A stretch of DNA of 32,000 nucleotides from Enterobacterales bacterium endosymbiont of Anomoneura mori (GTDB lineage Bacteria; Pseudomonadota; Gammaproteobacteria; Enterobacterales; Enterobacteriaceae_A). Below are positions 10,206 to 20,089 of the stretch, piece by piece. Every line of letters starts with the position of its first letter. Position 1 is the first letter of the stretch. Location: the NCBI RefSeq assembly GCF_047159375.1, contig NZ_AP031381.1, positions 197,823 through 229,822 on the forward strand. Reading direction: 5' to 3'. The notes beneath the pieces were generated by a model. That model was not told the DNA's origin. It saw nothing but the letters and a program-made list of their open reading frames with translations, and ran no database searches. The position numbers and the translations under genes are program-made.

Positions 10206-11849
10206 TTAATATTTTTTTAATTTAATAATTCTATTAAAAATTAAATTATTTTTATATTTAGTTTTAACTAAACAAAAATAACCTATACGTTCAAGTTGAA
10301 ATGAATTATAATTTTTTAAATAATATAAATTTGGTTCTACATAACTATTTTTAATAATTAAAGAATTAGGATTAATTATTGAAATAATATTTTTATATTT
10401 TCCAGGATTAGGAACTTTAAATAAATGATTATATAAATTAATAGTTACAGGTATTGAATGTTTTTTAGAAACCCAATGAATTACATTAATTGATTTATTA
10501 TTAATTTTTATTTTTTTATTTAAAGTATTATAATAATAAATACAATAAATTTTTTTAATATTTCCACATATATTTTTAATAATTTTTTTTGCTTTAATTA
10601 CATATGAATTTCTTAATCTTATTTTTCTACCTAAAATTAAACGTTTATAATTTTTATCAAATTTTTCTTTATAATCAGATTTATCAATATAAATTTTTTT
10701 ACTAAATGGAACAATACGATAACCTTCTTTAATATTTTTAGGATTTTTTAACATTAAAATCATTTCTATATGTTTACCCATATTTTTAATAATAATTATT
10801 AATGGATCAATTACTCCCATATAATGTAATGATTTTTTATTTAAATCATTTCTAACATAATGTTCTAATGTTTCAATATTAATTAAACTTTCTTGATTAG
10901 TTATACCAATATTTTTGCAAAAATTATAAATAGAATTTGAACTATAACCTTTACATTTTAAACCAGATAATGTTGGCATTCTTGGATCGTCCCAATTATT
11001 AACAAATTTATTTTTAACTAAAAATTTTAATTTTCTTTTAGATAATATATAGTAAGTTAAATTTAATCTAGAAAATTCATATTGACAAGGATTAAATTTT
11101 TTTGTAATATTATCTAGTATCCAATTATATAAAATACGATTATCTAAAAATTCTAATGTACATAAAGAATGAGTAATTTTTTCTAATGAATCAGAAATAC
11201 AATGAGAAAAATCATAAGTTGGATAAATACACCATGTTTTATTAGTTTTAAAATGTTTAATATATTTAATTCTATATAATATTGGATCTCTCATAACAAT
11301 ATTAAATGAAGACATATTAATTTTTGCACGTAAACAAGCAGCACCTTCTGGGAAATATCCATATTTCATTTTTTTAAACATATATAAATTTTCTTTAATA
11401 CTCCTATTTCTAAATGGACTTATTTTACCTGGTTTAGTTAAAGTACCTCTATATTTATGAATTTTATTTTTTGATAATTCATCAACATATGCTAAATTTT
11501 TTTTAATTAATTCTTTTGCATATTTATAAATTATATTAAAATAATCAGAAGTATAATAAATATTATTAATAATTTTAAATCCTAACCATTTTATATCTTT
11601 TATAATAAATTTAATATATTTTAAATTTTCAGAATTTGGATTAGTATCATCAAAACGTAAATTACATTTTCCATTATATTTTTTTGCTATATTTAAATTT
11701 AAAAAAATAGATTTAGCATGACCAATATGTAAAAAACCATTTGGTTCTGGTGGAAATCTTGTAGTTATTGTTTTATATTTTTTACATATTAAATCTTTTT
11801 TAATAATATTAAAAATAAAATTTTTTTTATATATATATTTTTTTTTCAT
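10206..11849 (-). CDS. glnS: Glutamine--tRNA ligase
   Basis: The 547-aa ORF has TTRFPPEPNGFLHIGHAKS (HIGH), LRFDDTNP, CIYPTYDFSHCISDSLE.ITHSLCTLEF and ILSKRKL (KMSKS-like). Confidence 0.95.
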   Translation of the reverse strand: MKKKYIYKKNFIFNIIKKDLICKKYKTITTRFPPEPNGFLHIGHAKSIFLNLNIAKKYNGKCNLRFDDTNPNSENLKYIKFIIKDIKWLGFKIINNIYYTSDYFNIIYKYAKELIKKNLAYVDELSKNKIHKYRGTLTKPGKISPFRNRSIKENLYMFKKMKYGYFPEGAACLRAKINMSSFNIVMRDPILYRIKYIKHFKTNKTWCIYPTYDFSHCISDSLEKITHSLCTLEFLDNRILYNWILDNITKKFNPCQYEFSRLNLTYYILSKRKLKFLVKNKFVNNWDDPRMPTLSGLKCKGYSSNSIYNFCKNIGITNQESLINIETLEHYVRNDLNKKSLHYMGVIDPLIIIIKNMGKHIEMILMLKNPKNIKEGYRIVPFSKKIYIDKSDYKEKFDKNYKRLILGRKIRLRNSYVIKAKKIIKNICGNIKKIYCIYYYNTLNKKIKINNKSINVIHWVSKKHSIPVTINLYNHLFKVPNPGKYKNIISIINPNSLIIKNSYVEPNLYYLKNYNSFQLERIGYFCLVKTKYKNNLIFNRIIKLKKY

Positions 11850-11960
11850 TTTTATTATATTAATAGTTATTTATTAATTTAATTGTTATATATTTTTATT
11901 AAATTAATTATTATAATTTTTTTTAAAATATTAAAAATAAAAAATATTTAAATTAAATAA

Positions 11961-12568
11961 ATGAAAAAAAAAACTTGGTTAAAAAAAAAATTAAAAGATA
12001 AATATTACATTTTATCTAAAAAAAAAAATTAATATCACGTGCATGGTTTAAACTTGAAGAAATACAAAAATGTTATAAAATATTTAAATATAATATGATT
12101 GTTGTTGATTTAGGAGCAGCACCTGGAAGTTGGTCAAAATATGCAAAAAAAATGGTTGGTACAAAAGGTATTGTTTATTCATATGATATAAAAAAAATTA
12201 ATCCAATTAATGGTATTAATTTTTTTAAAGAAAATATTTTAAATATGAATTTTATTAAAAAAATAACTAATTATATTGGTTTTAACAATGTTCAAGTTGT
12301 AATATCAGATCTTTCACCTAAAATAAGTGGAATTGCTTCAATTGATATACCAAAATCAATTGAATTAGCTAAAAAAGTTATAAAAATTTGTAATAGTATA
12401 TTAAAAAAAAAAGGTACATGTATTATAAAAATATTTCAAGGAAATGGTTTTAAAAAATTTATTAAATATATTAATCCAATGTTTAAAAAAATCAAAATAA
12501 TTAAACCATATTCATCTCGTACTACTTCTAAAGAAGTATATATAATTGCTATTAATTATAATTTTTAA
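11961..12568 (+). CDS. rlmE: 23S rRNA (U2552-2'-O)-methyltransferase RlmE (FtsJ/RrmJ), interrupted by a frameshift in an A11 tract (12018-12028)
   Basis: The ORF-track piece 12095-12568 starts right at the SAM motif (M)IVVDLGAAPGSW and ends SRTTSKEVYIIA. From ATG 11961 I read MKKKTWLKKKLKDKYYILSKKKN*, which aligns to E. coli ...RWLQEHFSDKYVQQAQKK. The -1 frame continues KKKLISRAWFKLEEIQKCYKIFKYNMIVVDLGAAPG, matching E. coli GLRSRAAYKL...VVDLGAAPGG. One extra A would fuse both parts into a protein of about 203 aa. Confidence 0.85.
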
Positions 12569-12601
12569 TTTTTTATAAAATTTAATATAAAGGAATAAAA
12601 A

Positions 12602-14398
12602 ATGAAAAATATATTTAAAAAAATATTTTTTTATTTAAGTTTTATTTTTATAATAATTTTTTTTTTTCAAAATTTTTTACCACAAATATCTAATGATTCT
12701 GTTGAATATTCAAAATTTATTTCTGATTTAACACAAAATAAAATAAGTGAAGTAAAAATTATTGATAAAGAAATTGATGTTATTAAAAAAAATAATGATA
12801 AATATATTACTTATATCCCAATTAATGATAATAAACTTTTAGATACTTTATTATTAAAAAATGTTAAAATTTTAAGTGTTGATAAAAATAATACTACTTT
12901 AACAACATTTATTATATCTTGGTTACCATTAATATTTATATTTATAGTTTGGTTATTTTTTATTAAACAAACTCAAGGTGGAAAAAATATAATTTCATTT
13001 ATTAAAAATAAAGCAAAATTATTAAAACCAAATAAAATAAAAATAAATTTTAAAGATGTTGCTGGTTGTGAAGAAGCAAAAGAAGAAATTAAAGAAATAG
13101 TTGATTTTTTAAAAAATCCTAATTATTTTAAAAAATTAGGAATTAAAATACCTAAAGGTATATTAATGATTGGTCCTACAGGAACCGGTAAGACTTTATT
13201 AGCTAAAGCAATTGCTGGTGAAGCAAATGTGCCATTTTTTTCAGTTTCTGGATCTGATTTTGTAGAATTATTTGTAGGTGTAGGTGCATCTCGTGTTAGA
13301 AGCATGTTTATTCAAGCTAAAAATTATTCTCCATGTATAATATTTATTGATGAAATTGATGCTATTGGTAAAAAAAGAGGACCTAATATAGGAATTAACA
13401 ATGATGAAAGAGAACAAACTTTAAATCAAATATTAGTAGAAATGGATGGTTTTGAAAGTTTTAAAGGAGTTATTATTATAGCTGCTACAAATAGACCAGA
13501 TGTTTTAGATCCTGCTTTATTAAGACCAGGGCGTTTTGATAGAAAAATTTTTGTAGGACTTCCTGATATTAAAGGACGTGAAGATATTTTAAGAGTACAT
13601 ATATCTAATATACCTATTTCTAAAGATGTTGATTTATCTTTAATTGCAAGAGGAACACCAGGATTTTCAGGTGCTGATTTATCTAATTTAATAAATGAGG
13701 CTGCTTTATTAACTGCTCGTGCTAAAAAAAATATAGTAACAATGTTAGAATTTGAAAAAGCAAAAGATAAAATTTTATTAGGAATAGAAAGAAATTCTTT
13801 AGTTATGACAGAAAAACAAAAAGAATTAATAGCTTATCATGAATCTGGACATACTATTATAGGTTATTTAGTACCTGAACATGATCCTGTTCATAAAGTA
13901 AGTATTATTCCAAGAGGATGTGCTTTAGGAATTACATTTTTTCTTCCTAAAACTGATATAATGAATGAAAGTTATATAAAATTAGAAAGTAAAATTTCTA
14001 CATTATATGGCGGTCGTATTGCTGAAGAATTAATATATGGAAAACAAAATATATCAACTGGATCATATAATGATATTAAAGTAGCTACTTCAATTGCTCA
14101 TAATATGATTACTAAATGGGGATTTTCTAATAAATTAGGTCCATTAAATTATGATAATGAAAATTATAATGAATTATCAATAAAAAATAATAAAATAAAA
14201 AAAAAATGTATATCAGATGCAACATTATATATGATTGATCAAGAAATAAAATTAATAATAGAAAATAATTATATTAGAGCTCAAAATTTATTAAAAAAAA
14301 ATATAGATATTTTATATTCTATGAAAAATGCTTTAATTAAATATGAAACATTAAATTCAAAACAAATTTATAATTTAATGAATCGTATAAAAATTTAA
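12602..14398 (+). CDS. ftsH: ATP-dependent zinc metalloprotease FtsH
   Basis: The 598-aa ORF has two N-terminal TM segments, Walker A ([18 protein letters not shown]) and Walker B (IIFIDEIDA). It also has the SRH region ([20 protein letters not shown]) and the zinc site HESGH. A Shine-Dalgarno (SD) AGGA lies 7 nt upstream. Confidence 0.97.
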   Translation: MKNIFKKIFFYLSFIFIIIFFFQNFLPQISNDSVEYSKFISDLTQNKISEVKIIDKEIDVIKKNNDKYITYIPINDNKLLDTLLLKNVKILSVDKNNTTLTTFIISWLPLIFIFIVWLFFIKQTQGGKNIISFIKNKAKLLKPNKIKINFKDVAGCEEAKEEIKEIVDFLKNPNYFKKLGIKIPKGILMIGPTGTGKTLLAKAIAGEANVPFFSVSGSDFVELFVGVGASRVRSMFIQAKNYSPCIIFIDEIDAIGKKRGPNIGINNDEREQTLNQILVEMDGFESFKGVIIIAATNRPDVLDPALLRPGRFDRKIFVGLPDIKGREDILRVHISNIPISKDVDLSLIARGTPGFSGADLSNLINEAALLTARAKKNIVTMLEFEKAKDKILLGIERNSLVMTEKQKELIAYHESGHTIIGYLVPEHDPVHKVSIIPRGCALGITFFLPKTDIMNESYIKLESKISTLYGGRIAEELIYGKQNISTGSYNDIKVATSIAHNMITKWGFSNKLGPLNYDNENYNELSIKNNKIKKKCISDATLYMIDQEIKLIIENNYIRAQNLLKKNIDILYSMKNALIKYETLNSKQIYNLMNRIKI

Positions 14399-14457
14399 AA
14401 TGTTAATATTTTTAAAAAATTAAATAAAAATTATTTTATAAATTTTTTTATGGAGTG

Positions 14458-14485
14458 GTTAGATAGTAAAATTTTACTATCTAAC
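14458..14485 (+). terminator. Perfect 28-nt palindrome (14-bp stem) about 60 nt downstream of ftsH; candidate terminator hairpin
   Basis: gttagatagtaaaa (14458-14471) is the exact reverse complement of ttttactatctaac (14472-14485). It stands out in otherwise pure A/T spacer. There is no clean U-tract afterwards (taatttaaaaattt), so the terminator function is uncertain. Confidence 0.35.
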
Positions 14486-14710
14486 TAATTTAAAAATTTA
14501 ATATTTTAAAATTTATTTAAATTTTATTATAATAAATATTAAAAAATTTTTTTTAAATATAAATTAAATTTTTATAATATTAATTTATTTAATTTAAATT
14601 TTTATTTAATTATTTTTATTTAATAATTTTTAAAATATTTTTTATTATTTTATAATAATTTATATTTTAAAAATTTTAAATTTATAATTTTTAATTAATA
14701 AGGAAAAAAA

Positions 14711-15580
14711 ATGAAAAAAAAAATTTTTTGGTATGAATTCTTACATAGTAATGTAGGACAATTTTTTACAATAGATAAAATTATATTTAAAAAAAAAACA
14801 AAATATCAAAATTTATTAATTTTTTATAATTCTTTTTTAGGACGTGTTATGATTTTAGATAATATTGTACAAACAACTGAAAAAGATGAATTTATTTATC
14901 ATGAAATGATTACACATATACCTTTAGTAACAAATTATAAAGCAAAAAAAATTTTAATTATAGGAGGTAGTGATGGAGGAGTATTACGTGAAGTTGTTAA
15001 ACATAAAAATATTGAACAAATTTATATGGTTGAAATTGATAAAGAATTAATAAAATATTGTAAAAAATATTTACCTAATCATAGTGCAGGTTCTTATAAT
15101 GATAAAAGATTAAAATTAATAATAGAAGATGGTAATAAATTTGTTAATAAAACTAAAGAAAAATTTGATGTAATTATATCAGACTGTACAGATCCTGTTG
15201 GTCCTGGAAAAAATTTATTTGATCCTATTTTTTATAAAAATTGTGCAAATATTTTAAATAAAAATGGTATATTTGTATCTCAAAATGGAATTTTTTTATT
15301 TCAAAAAGAAGAAATAATTAACAGTTTTAATAATCTTAAAAAATATTTTAAAGATGTATATTTTTATCAAGCTTCGATACCAACTTATTATGGTGGTGTA
15401 ATGAATTTTTCATGGTCAACACAAAATATTTTAAATAGAAAATTTTCTTCATTAAAACTTAAAAAAATTTTAATGGAAAAAAAATTAAATTGTTTTTATT
15501 ATAATTATAAAATTCATTTAAATAGTTTTGCGTTACCTCAATATATGAATAATATAATTAATAATAACTTAAAAATATAA
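14711..15580 (+). CDS. speE: Spermidine synthase
   Basis: The 289-aa ORF is colinear with E. coli SpeE. Matching blocks are GRVMILDNIVQTTEKDEFIYHEMITHIPL, ILIIGGSDGGVLREV, YLPNHSAGSYNDKRLKL, DVIISDCTDPVGPG and IPTYYGG. Confidence 0.95.
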   Translation: MKKKIFWYEFLHSNVGQFFTIDKIIFKKKTKYQNLLIFYNSFLGRVMILDNIVQTTEKDEFIYHEMITHIPLVTNYKAKKILIIGGSDGGVLREVVKHKNIEQIYMVEIDKELIKYCKKYLPNHSAGSYNDKRLKLIIEDGNKFVNKTKEKFDVIISDCTDPVGPGKNLFDPIFYKNCANILNKNGIFVSQNGIFLFQKEEIINSFNNLKKYFKDVYFYQASIPTYYGGVMNFSWSTQNILNRKFSSLKLKKILMEKKLNCFYYNYKIHLNSFALPQYMNNIINNNLKI

Positions 15581-15594
15581 GGAGGAAAAAAAAA

Positions 15595-16362
15595 ATGGAA
15601 AAAATTAAATTATATGGTTTTAATAATTTAAATAAAATTCTAATTTTTTGCATTTATGATGTTTTTTATATTAATGAAAAAAAAAATTATAATAAATATA
15701 TTAAATATATAAATAAAAAATACAATTCTGAAAGATTAACAAAAATTTTAAAAAAAATTTGTTTTTCAATTGGGGCAAGTATATTAAATATAGCACATCA
15801 AAATTATATACCTCAAGGTGCTAGTTCTGTAATTCTTTTTAAAGAAAATGAAAATTATAAAAATAAAAAAAAATTTTTAATTAATGATTATTTAATGCAT
15901 CTTGATAAAAGTCATATATGTATTCATACTTATCCAGAAAATATATTTAAAAAAAAAACAAATATTTTTCGTATAGATTTAGAAATTTCAACATGTGGTG
16001 TAATATCACCATTAAAAATTATAAATTATATTATTAATAAATTCAAATCAGATGTTTTATCAATAGATTATCATATACGAGGATTTACTCGTAATATTGA
16101 AAATAATAAAATTTATATAGATCATAAAATTAATTCAATTGAAGATTTTATATCTAAAAAAATATTATTAAAATATAAAACAAAAAATATAAATATTAAA
16201 AAAGTAAATACTTTTATTACTAAATTAATTTTAAAAAAAATTAATTTAAAAAATTTTATTTTTAGTAATGAATTAAAAAATAAAAATTCAAAAGAAAAAA
16301 AAGAAATAATTAAAAAAATTAAAAAAAATTTAAAAGAAATTTATAATATGAAAAATATTTAA
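15595..16362 (+). CDS. speD: S-adenosylmethionine decarboxylase proenzyme (pyruvoyl-dependent)
   Basis: The 255-aa ORF lies directly after speE, as in the E. coli speED operon. The self-cleavage region HLDKSHICIHTYPE (E. coli HLDKSHICVHTYPE) is conserved. A strong SD (aaggagga) lies upstream. Confidence 0.92.
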   Translation: MEKIKLYGFNNLNKILIFCIYDVFYINEKKNYNKYIKYINKKYNSERLTKILKKICFSIGASILNIAHQNYIPQGASSVILFKENENYKNKKKFLINDYLMHLDKSHICIHTYPENIFKKKTNIFRIDLEISTCGVISPLKIINYIINKFKSDVLSIDYHIRGFTRNIENNKIYIDHKINSIEDFISKKILLKYKTKNINIKKVNTFITKLILKKINLKNFIFSNELKNKNSKEKKEIIKKIKKNLKEIYNMKNI

Positions 16363-16447
16363 AATAAATAAAATTAATATTTTTATTTTTAAAAAAAAAT
16401 TATATTAATTAAAAAATTTATTAATTATAATTTTTAAAAAATTTAAA

Positions 16448-17281
16448 ATGTTTAAAAATAATTATAAAAAATTTATTCCTAAAAAAGAATTAGGTCAAAA
16501 TTTTTTAAATAATTTATATATAATAAAAAAAATTATTAAAATTATTAAATTAAAAAAAAATGATATATTATTGGAAATTGGTTCTGGTTTTGGTATAATT
16601 ACAAAATTAATAATTTTACATTTAAAAAAAATTAATTTAGTTGAAATTGATTTAAATTTAATAAAATTTTTAAAAAAATATTTACAATTTAAAAAAAAAA
16701 AAATTTTAATATATAAAAAAAATATTTTAAAAATTAATTTAATTAAAATAGTAAAAAAAGAAAAAAAATTAATAAAATTATTTGGTAATATTCCTTATAA
16801 TATATCAACTAATTTAATTTTTTATATTATTAAATATATATATTATATAAAAAAAATATATATTATATTACAAAAAGAATTTTTTGAAAAGATATTATCA
16901 ACTTCTAAAAAAAAAACAAATGGTCGTTTAAATATTATTATAAAATATTATTTTAATATAAAACCAATATTTAAAATATCTAAAAATTCATTTATTCCAA
17001 AACCTAAAATAAAATCTATTTTAATAATTTTAAAACCATATAAAAAAATTTTTTTTATAATTAATATTAATATTTTTAATTTAATAATTAAATTATTTTT
17101 TAATAATAGAAGGAAAAAAATTAAAAACATTTTTAAAAAAAAAATATTTAAAAATGTAAAAATAAATATAAATATAAATTTAAATTTTAGATCTGAAAAT
17201 ATTTCATTATTAAAATATTGTATATTATCAAATTTAATAATTATTAATTATTTTTTAAAAAATAATTATTTTAAAATATAA
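16448..17281 (+). CDS. rsmA: 16S rRNA (adenine1518/1519-N6)-dimethyltransferase RsmA (KsgA), highly diverged
   Basis: The 277-aa ORF has KKELGQNFL, the SAM motif LEIGSGFGIIT and the catalytic-region motif GNIPYNISTNLIF. The rest is K/I/N-rich low-complexity sequence. Confidence 0.85.
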   Translation: MFKNNYKKFIPKKELGQNFLNNLYIIKKIIKIIKLKKNDILLEIGSGFGIITKLIILHLKKINLVEIDLNLIKFLKKYLQFKKKKILIYKKNILKINLIKIVKKEKKLIKLFGNIPYNISTNLIFYIIKYIYYIKKIYIILQKEFFEKILSTSKKKTNGRLNIIIKYYFNIKPIFKISKNSFIPKPKIKSILIILKPYKKIFFIININIFNLIIKLFFNNRRKKIKNIFKKKIFKNVKINININLNFRSENISLLKYCILSNLIIINYFLKNNYFKI

Positions 17282-17365
17282 TTAATAATATTATATTAAT
17301 TTAATAATAATTTATATTTATTTTATTTTAAAATATTAATAAAAAAATAATTAAATAACAAAAAA

Positions 17366-18760
17366 ATGAAAATATCTATTGATTTTATATTAAAAGGTTA
17401 TATTAAAGTTAATAAAAAAATATCAATAAATGGTTGGGTACAAACTAAAAGAATTACAAAATTTGGCATTTCATTTATTTCAATATATGATGGTACATGT
17501 TTTAAAACATTTCAAGTAATTATAAAAAATAATTTAAAAAATTATAAAAAACTTTTAAATTTAACAACTGGTTGTTCAGTTAATATTACTGGTTTATTAG
17601 TTTTTTCTTTAGGAAATAAACAAAATTATGAATTAAAAGCTACTAATGTTAAAGTTATTGGATGGATTAAAAATCCTAATTTATATCCAATAACTCCAAA
17701 ATATCATAGTAAAGAATATTTAAGAGAAATTGCTCATTTAAGACCTAGAACAAATTTAATAAGTGCAATCTCTAGAATTAGACACACACTTGCTTATGCA
17801 ATACATAAGTTTTTTAATAAAAATGGGTTTTTTTGGATTTCTACACCATTAATTACATTTATTGATACTGAAGGTTATAGTAAAATGTTTAAAATTACAA
17901 CATTTAATTTTAAAAAAATTCCATATAATAATTTAGGAAATGTTGAATTTAAAAAAGATTTTTTTGGAAAAAAATCGTTTTTAACAGTTTCTGGACAATT
18001 AACTGGGGAAGCATATGCAAGTTCACTTTCAAAAATTTATACATTTGGACCAATTTTTAGAGCTGAAAATTCAAATACAAATAAACATTTATCAGAATTT
18101 TGGATGATTGAACCTGAAATTGCATTTGCTTCATTACAAGATATAATAAATCTTTCAGAAAAATTATTAAAATATATTTTTAAAATAATTATAAATAAAA
18201 GAATTAATGATTTATATTATTTAAATAAAAAAAATAATATTAAAAATATTAATTTATTAATTAAATTTATATTTTCTAAATTTGAACAATTTGAATATAA
18301 TGAAATAATAAAAATTTTATTAAAATATAATATTAAATTTAAAAATCCTATTAAATGGGGTCAAGATATTTCCACAGAACATGAACAATTTTTATGTGAA
18401 AAATATTTTAAAAAACCAATTGTTATAAAAAATTATCCTAAAAACATAAAAGCTTTTTATATGAGAATAAATAATGATTACAAAACTGTATCAAATATGG
18501 ATATTTTATTTCCAGGTATTGGAGAAATAATTGGTGGTTCTCAACGTGAAGAAAGATTAAATATATTAGATAAAAGAATAAATGAAATGAAATTAATTAA
18601 AAAAAAATATTGGTGGTATAGAGATTTACGTAAATACGGAACTGTTCCACATTCAGGATTTGGTTTAGGATTTGAAAGAATATTAAATTATATAACAGGA
18701 ATTAAAAATATTCGTGATGTTATTCCTTTCCCTAGAACACCTAATATATCAAATTTTTAA
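17366..18760 (+). CDS. asnS: Asparagine--tRNA ligase
   Basis: The 464-aa ORF is colinear with E. coli AsnS. Matching blocks are YLREIAHLRPRTNLI, FFWISTPLIT, FLTVSGQL.GE, IYTFGP.FRAENSNT.KHLSEFWMIEPE, GEIIGGSQREER and GTVPHSGFGLGFER...IRDVIPFPRTP. Confidence 0.96.
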   Translation: MKISIDFILKGYIKVNKKISINGWVQTKRITKFGISFISIYDGTCFKTFQVIIKNNLKNYKKLLNLTTGCSVNITGLLVFSLGNKQNYELKATNVKVIGWIKNPNLYPITPKYHSKEYLREIAHLRPRTNLISAISRIRHTLAYAIHKFFNKNGFFWISTPLITFIDTEGYSKMFKITTFNFKKIPYNNLGNVEFKKDFFGKKSFLTVSGQLTGEAYASSLSKIYTFGPIFRAENSNTNKHLSEFWMIEPEIAFASLQDIINLSEKLLKYIFKIIINKRINDLYYLNKKNNIKNINLLIKFIFSKFEQFEYNEIIKILLKYNIKFKNPIKWGQDISTEHEQFLCEKYFKKPIVIKNYPKNIKAFYMRINNDYKTVSNMDILFPGIGEIIGGSQREERLNILDKRINEMKLIKKKYWWYRDLRKYGTVPHSGFGLGFERILNYITGIKNIRDVIPFPRTPNISNF

Positions 18761-18801
18761 ATAATTAATAATTATTAAAATTTTTTAAAAATATTTATAT
18801 T

Positions 18802-19245
18802 TTATGAATAATCAATAATTAATTTACCATTTAAATGATCAATTTCATGTTGAATGCATATCGACAAAATATCATTTGTTTCAAATTCAAAATAATTTCC
18901 TTTAATATTCATTGCTAAAATTTTAACATATGAATAACGTTTTATAACAAAAAATTTTTTTGGAATAGATAAACATCCTTCTTTAAAATAAATTTTACCT
19001 TTTTTTTTTAAAATTTTTGGATTTATAAAAATTAATTTTTTATTAATATTTTTAAAATTATGTACTATAAAAAATCTTTTATTTATTCCAATTTGTGGCG
19101 CTGCTAAGCCAATACCATTTTTTTTATACATAATTTTAAACATATTATGTATTATATTTTTTATTTTATAATCAATTTTATTAATTGAATTTGATTTTTT
19201 TTTTAATATTTTATTAGGATAATAAATTAATTTTATTAATGACAT
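18802..19245 (-). CDS. def: Peptide deformylase
   Basis: The 147-aa ORF has all three metal-binding motifs: GIGLAAPQIG, EGCLSIP and QHEIDHLNG. Confidence 0.93.
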   Translation of the reverse strand: MSLIKLIYYPNKILKKKSNSINKIDYKIKNIIHNMFKIMYKKNGIGLAAPQIGINKRFFIVHNFKNINKKLIFINPKILKKKGKIYFKEGCLSIPKKFFVIKRYSYVKILAMNIKGNYFEFETNDILSICIQHEIDHLNGKLIIDYS

Positions 19246-19270
19246 ATTTACTTAATTTATAATAAATTTA

Positions 19271-19924
19271 TTATTTAAAATTATTTTTTTTAAAATGTAA
19301 ATATTTTATAATATCATTTATTGTTATTAACACCATATTATTTTTATTAGCAAAATTAATAATATCTTTTTTTTTTGACATACTTCCATCATCATTTGTT
19401 AATTCACAAAGCACACCTATTTCTTTTAAACCTGAAATTTTTAATAACTCAATTGTTGCTTCAGTGTGTCCTCTACGTATTAATATTCCTCCTGGTTGTG
19501 CACATAAAGGGAATATATGACCAGGTTTATTAAGATCTTTAGGTTTAACATTATTTGATACAACTGTTTGTATAGTTTTAATTCTATCTTTAGCAGATAC
19601 ACCAGTAGTTACTCCTTTTGAAGCTTCTATACTAATTGTAAATGGTGTTTGAAATTTACTTGAATTATTTATAACCATCATAGGTAATAATAATTTTTTT
19701 CTAAGTTTTTCAGTAATACAAAGACAAACAATACCACTACAATATCTAATAGTTAATGCCATTTGTTTAACTGTCATATTTTCTGCTGCAAAAATAATAT
19801 CACCTTCATTTTCACGATTTTTATCATCTAATACAATTACACCTTCTTTATTTTTTAATGATTTTATAGCATTTTTAATACGATTAATTGATTTTTTAAA
19901 ATTTATTTTTTTATTTTTGATAAT
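19271..19924 (-). CDS. ribB: 3,4-dihydroxy-2-butanone-4-phosphate synthase; 5' end uncertain, with no in-frame ATG/GTG/TTG ahead of the conserved N-terminal region
   Basis: The ORF-track piece (19271-19777) begins inside the protein at E. coli ...ETMTVEQMALTIRHGSG. The same frame stays open up to 20029. It encodes ...[50 protein letters not shown], which matches E. coli ...[37 protein letters not shown]. An ATT at 19922-19924, 4 nt after an aagga SD, would give 217 aa, the length I recall for E. coli RibB. Confidence 0.85.
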   Translation of the reverse strand: MIKNKKINFKKSINRIKNAIKSLKNKEGVIVLDDKNRENEGDIIFAAENMTVKQMALTIRYCSGIVCLCITEKLRKKLLLPMMVINNSSKFQTPFTISIEASKGVTTGVSAKDRIKTIQTVVSNNVKPKDLNKPGHIFPLCAQPGGILIRRGHTEATIELLKISGLKEIGVLCELTNDDGSMSKKKDIINFANKNNMVLITINDIIKYLHFKKNNFK

Positions 19925-20089
19925 ATCATCCTTAAAAAAAATATTTTTTTTATTTTTATAAATAATAAATTTAATTTTTTTTAAAATATTTAAAATAATT
20001 TTTTGAATATTTAAATTAATATTAAAAAATTATAAATTTACAAAAAATATTTTATAATATTTAAATATAATTTATTTAAAATTTTAAAA

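Noticed and set aside
12095-12568. Treating the 157-aa ORF as the complete rlmE gene
   Set aside because: That Met sits immediately before the SAM-binding motif. About 45 residues of conserved RlmE N-terminus are encoded just upstream in two frames. The short ORF is the downstream half of a frameshifted gene.
13123-13305. 60-aa ORF on the - strand
   Set aside because: It is antisense to the most conserved, relatively GC-rich Walker A region of ftsH. It is an artefact of stop-poor sequence.
14450-14488. 12-codon mini-ORF (MEWLDSKILLSN*) overlapping the palindrome downstream of ftsH
   Set aside because: It has no SD. Its reading frame is a by-product of the hairpin sequence. I cannot support a peptide or leader function.
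16948-17130. 60-aa ORF on the - strand
   Set aside because: It is antisense within rsmA. The sequence is K/I/L low complexity with no independent support.
18761-19245. def without an adjacent fmt, read as evidence that formylation was lost
   Set aside because: Only operon synteny is broken: def is convergent with asnS. fmt could be elsewhere. The initiator tRNA keeps its formylation determinants and def is intact, which argues the pathway is retained.
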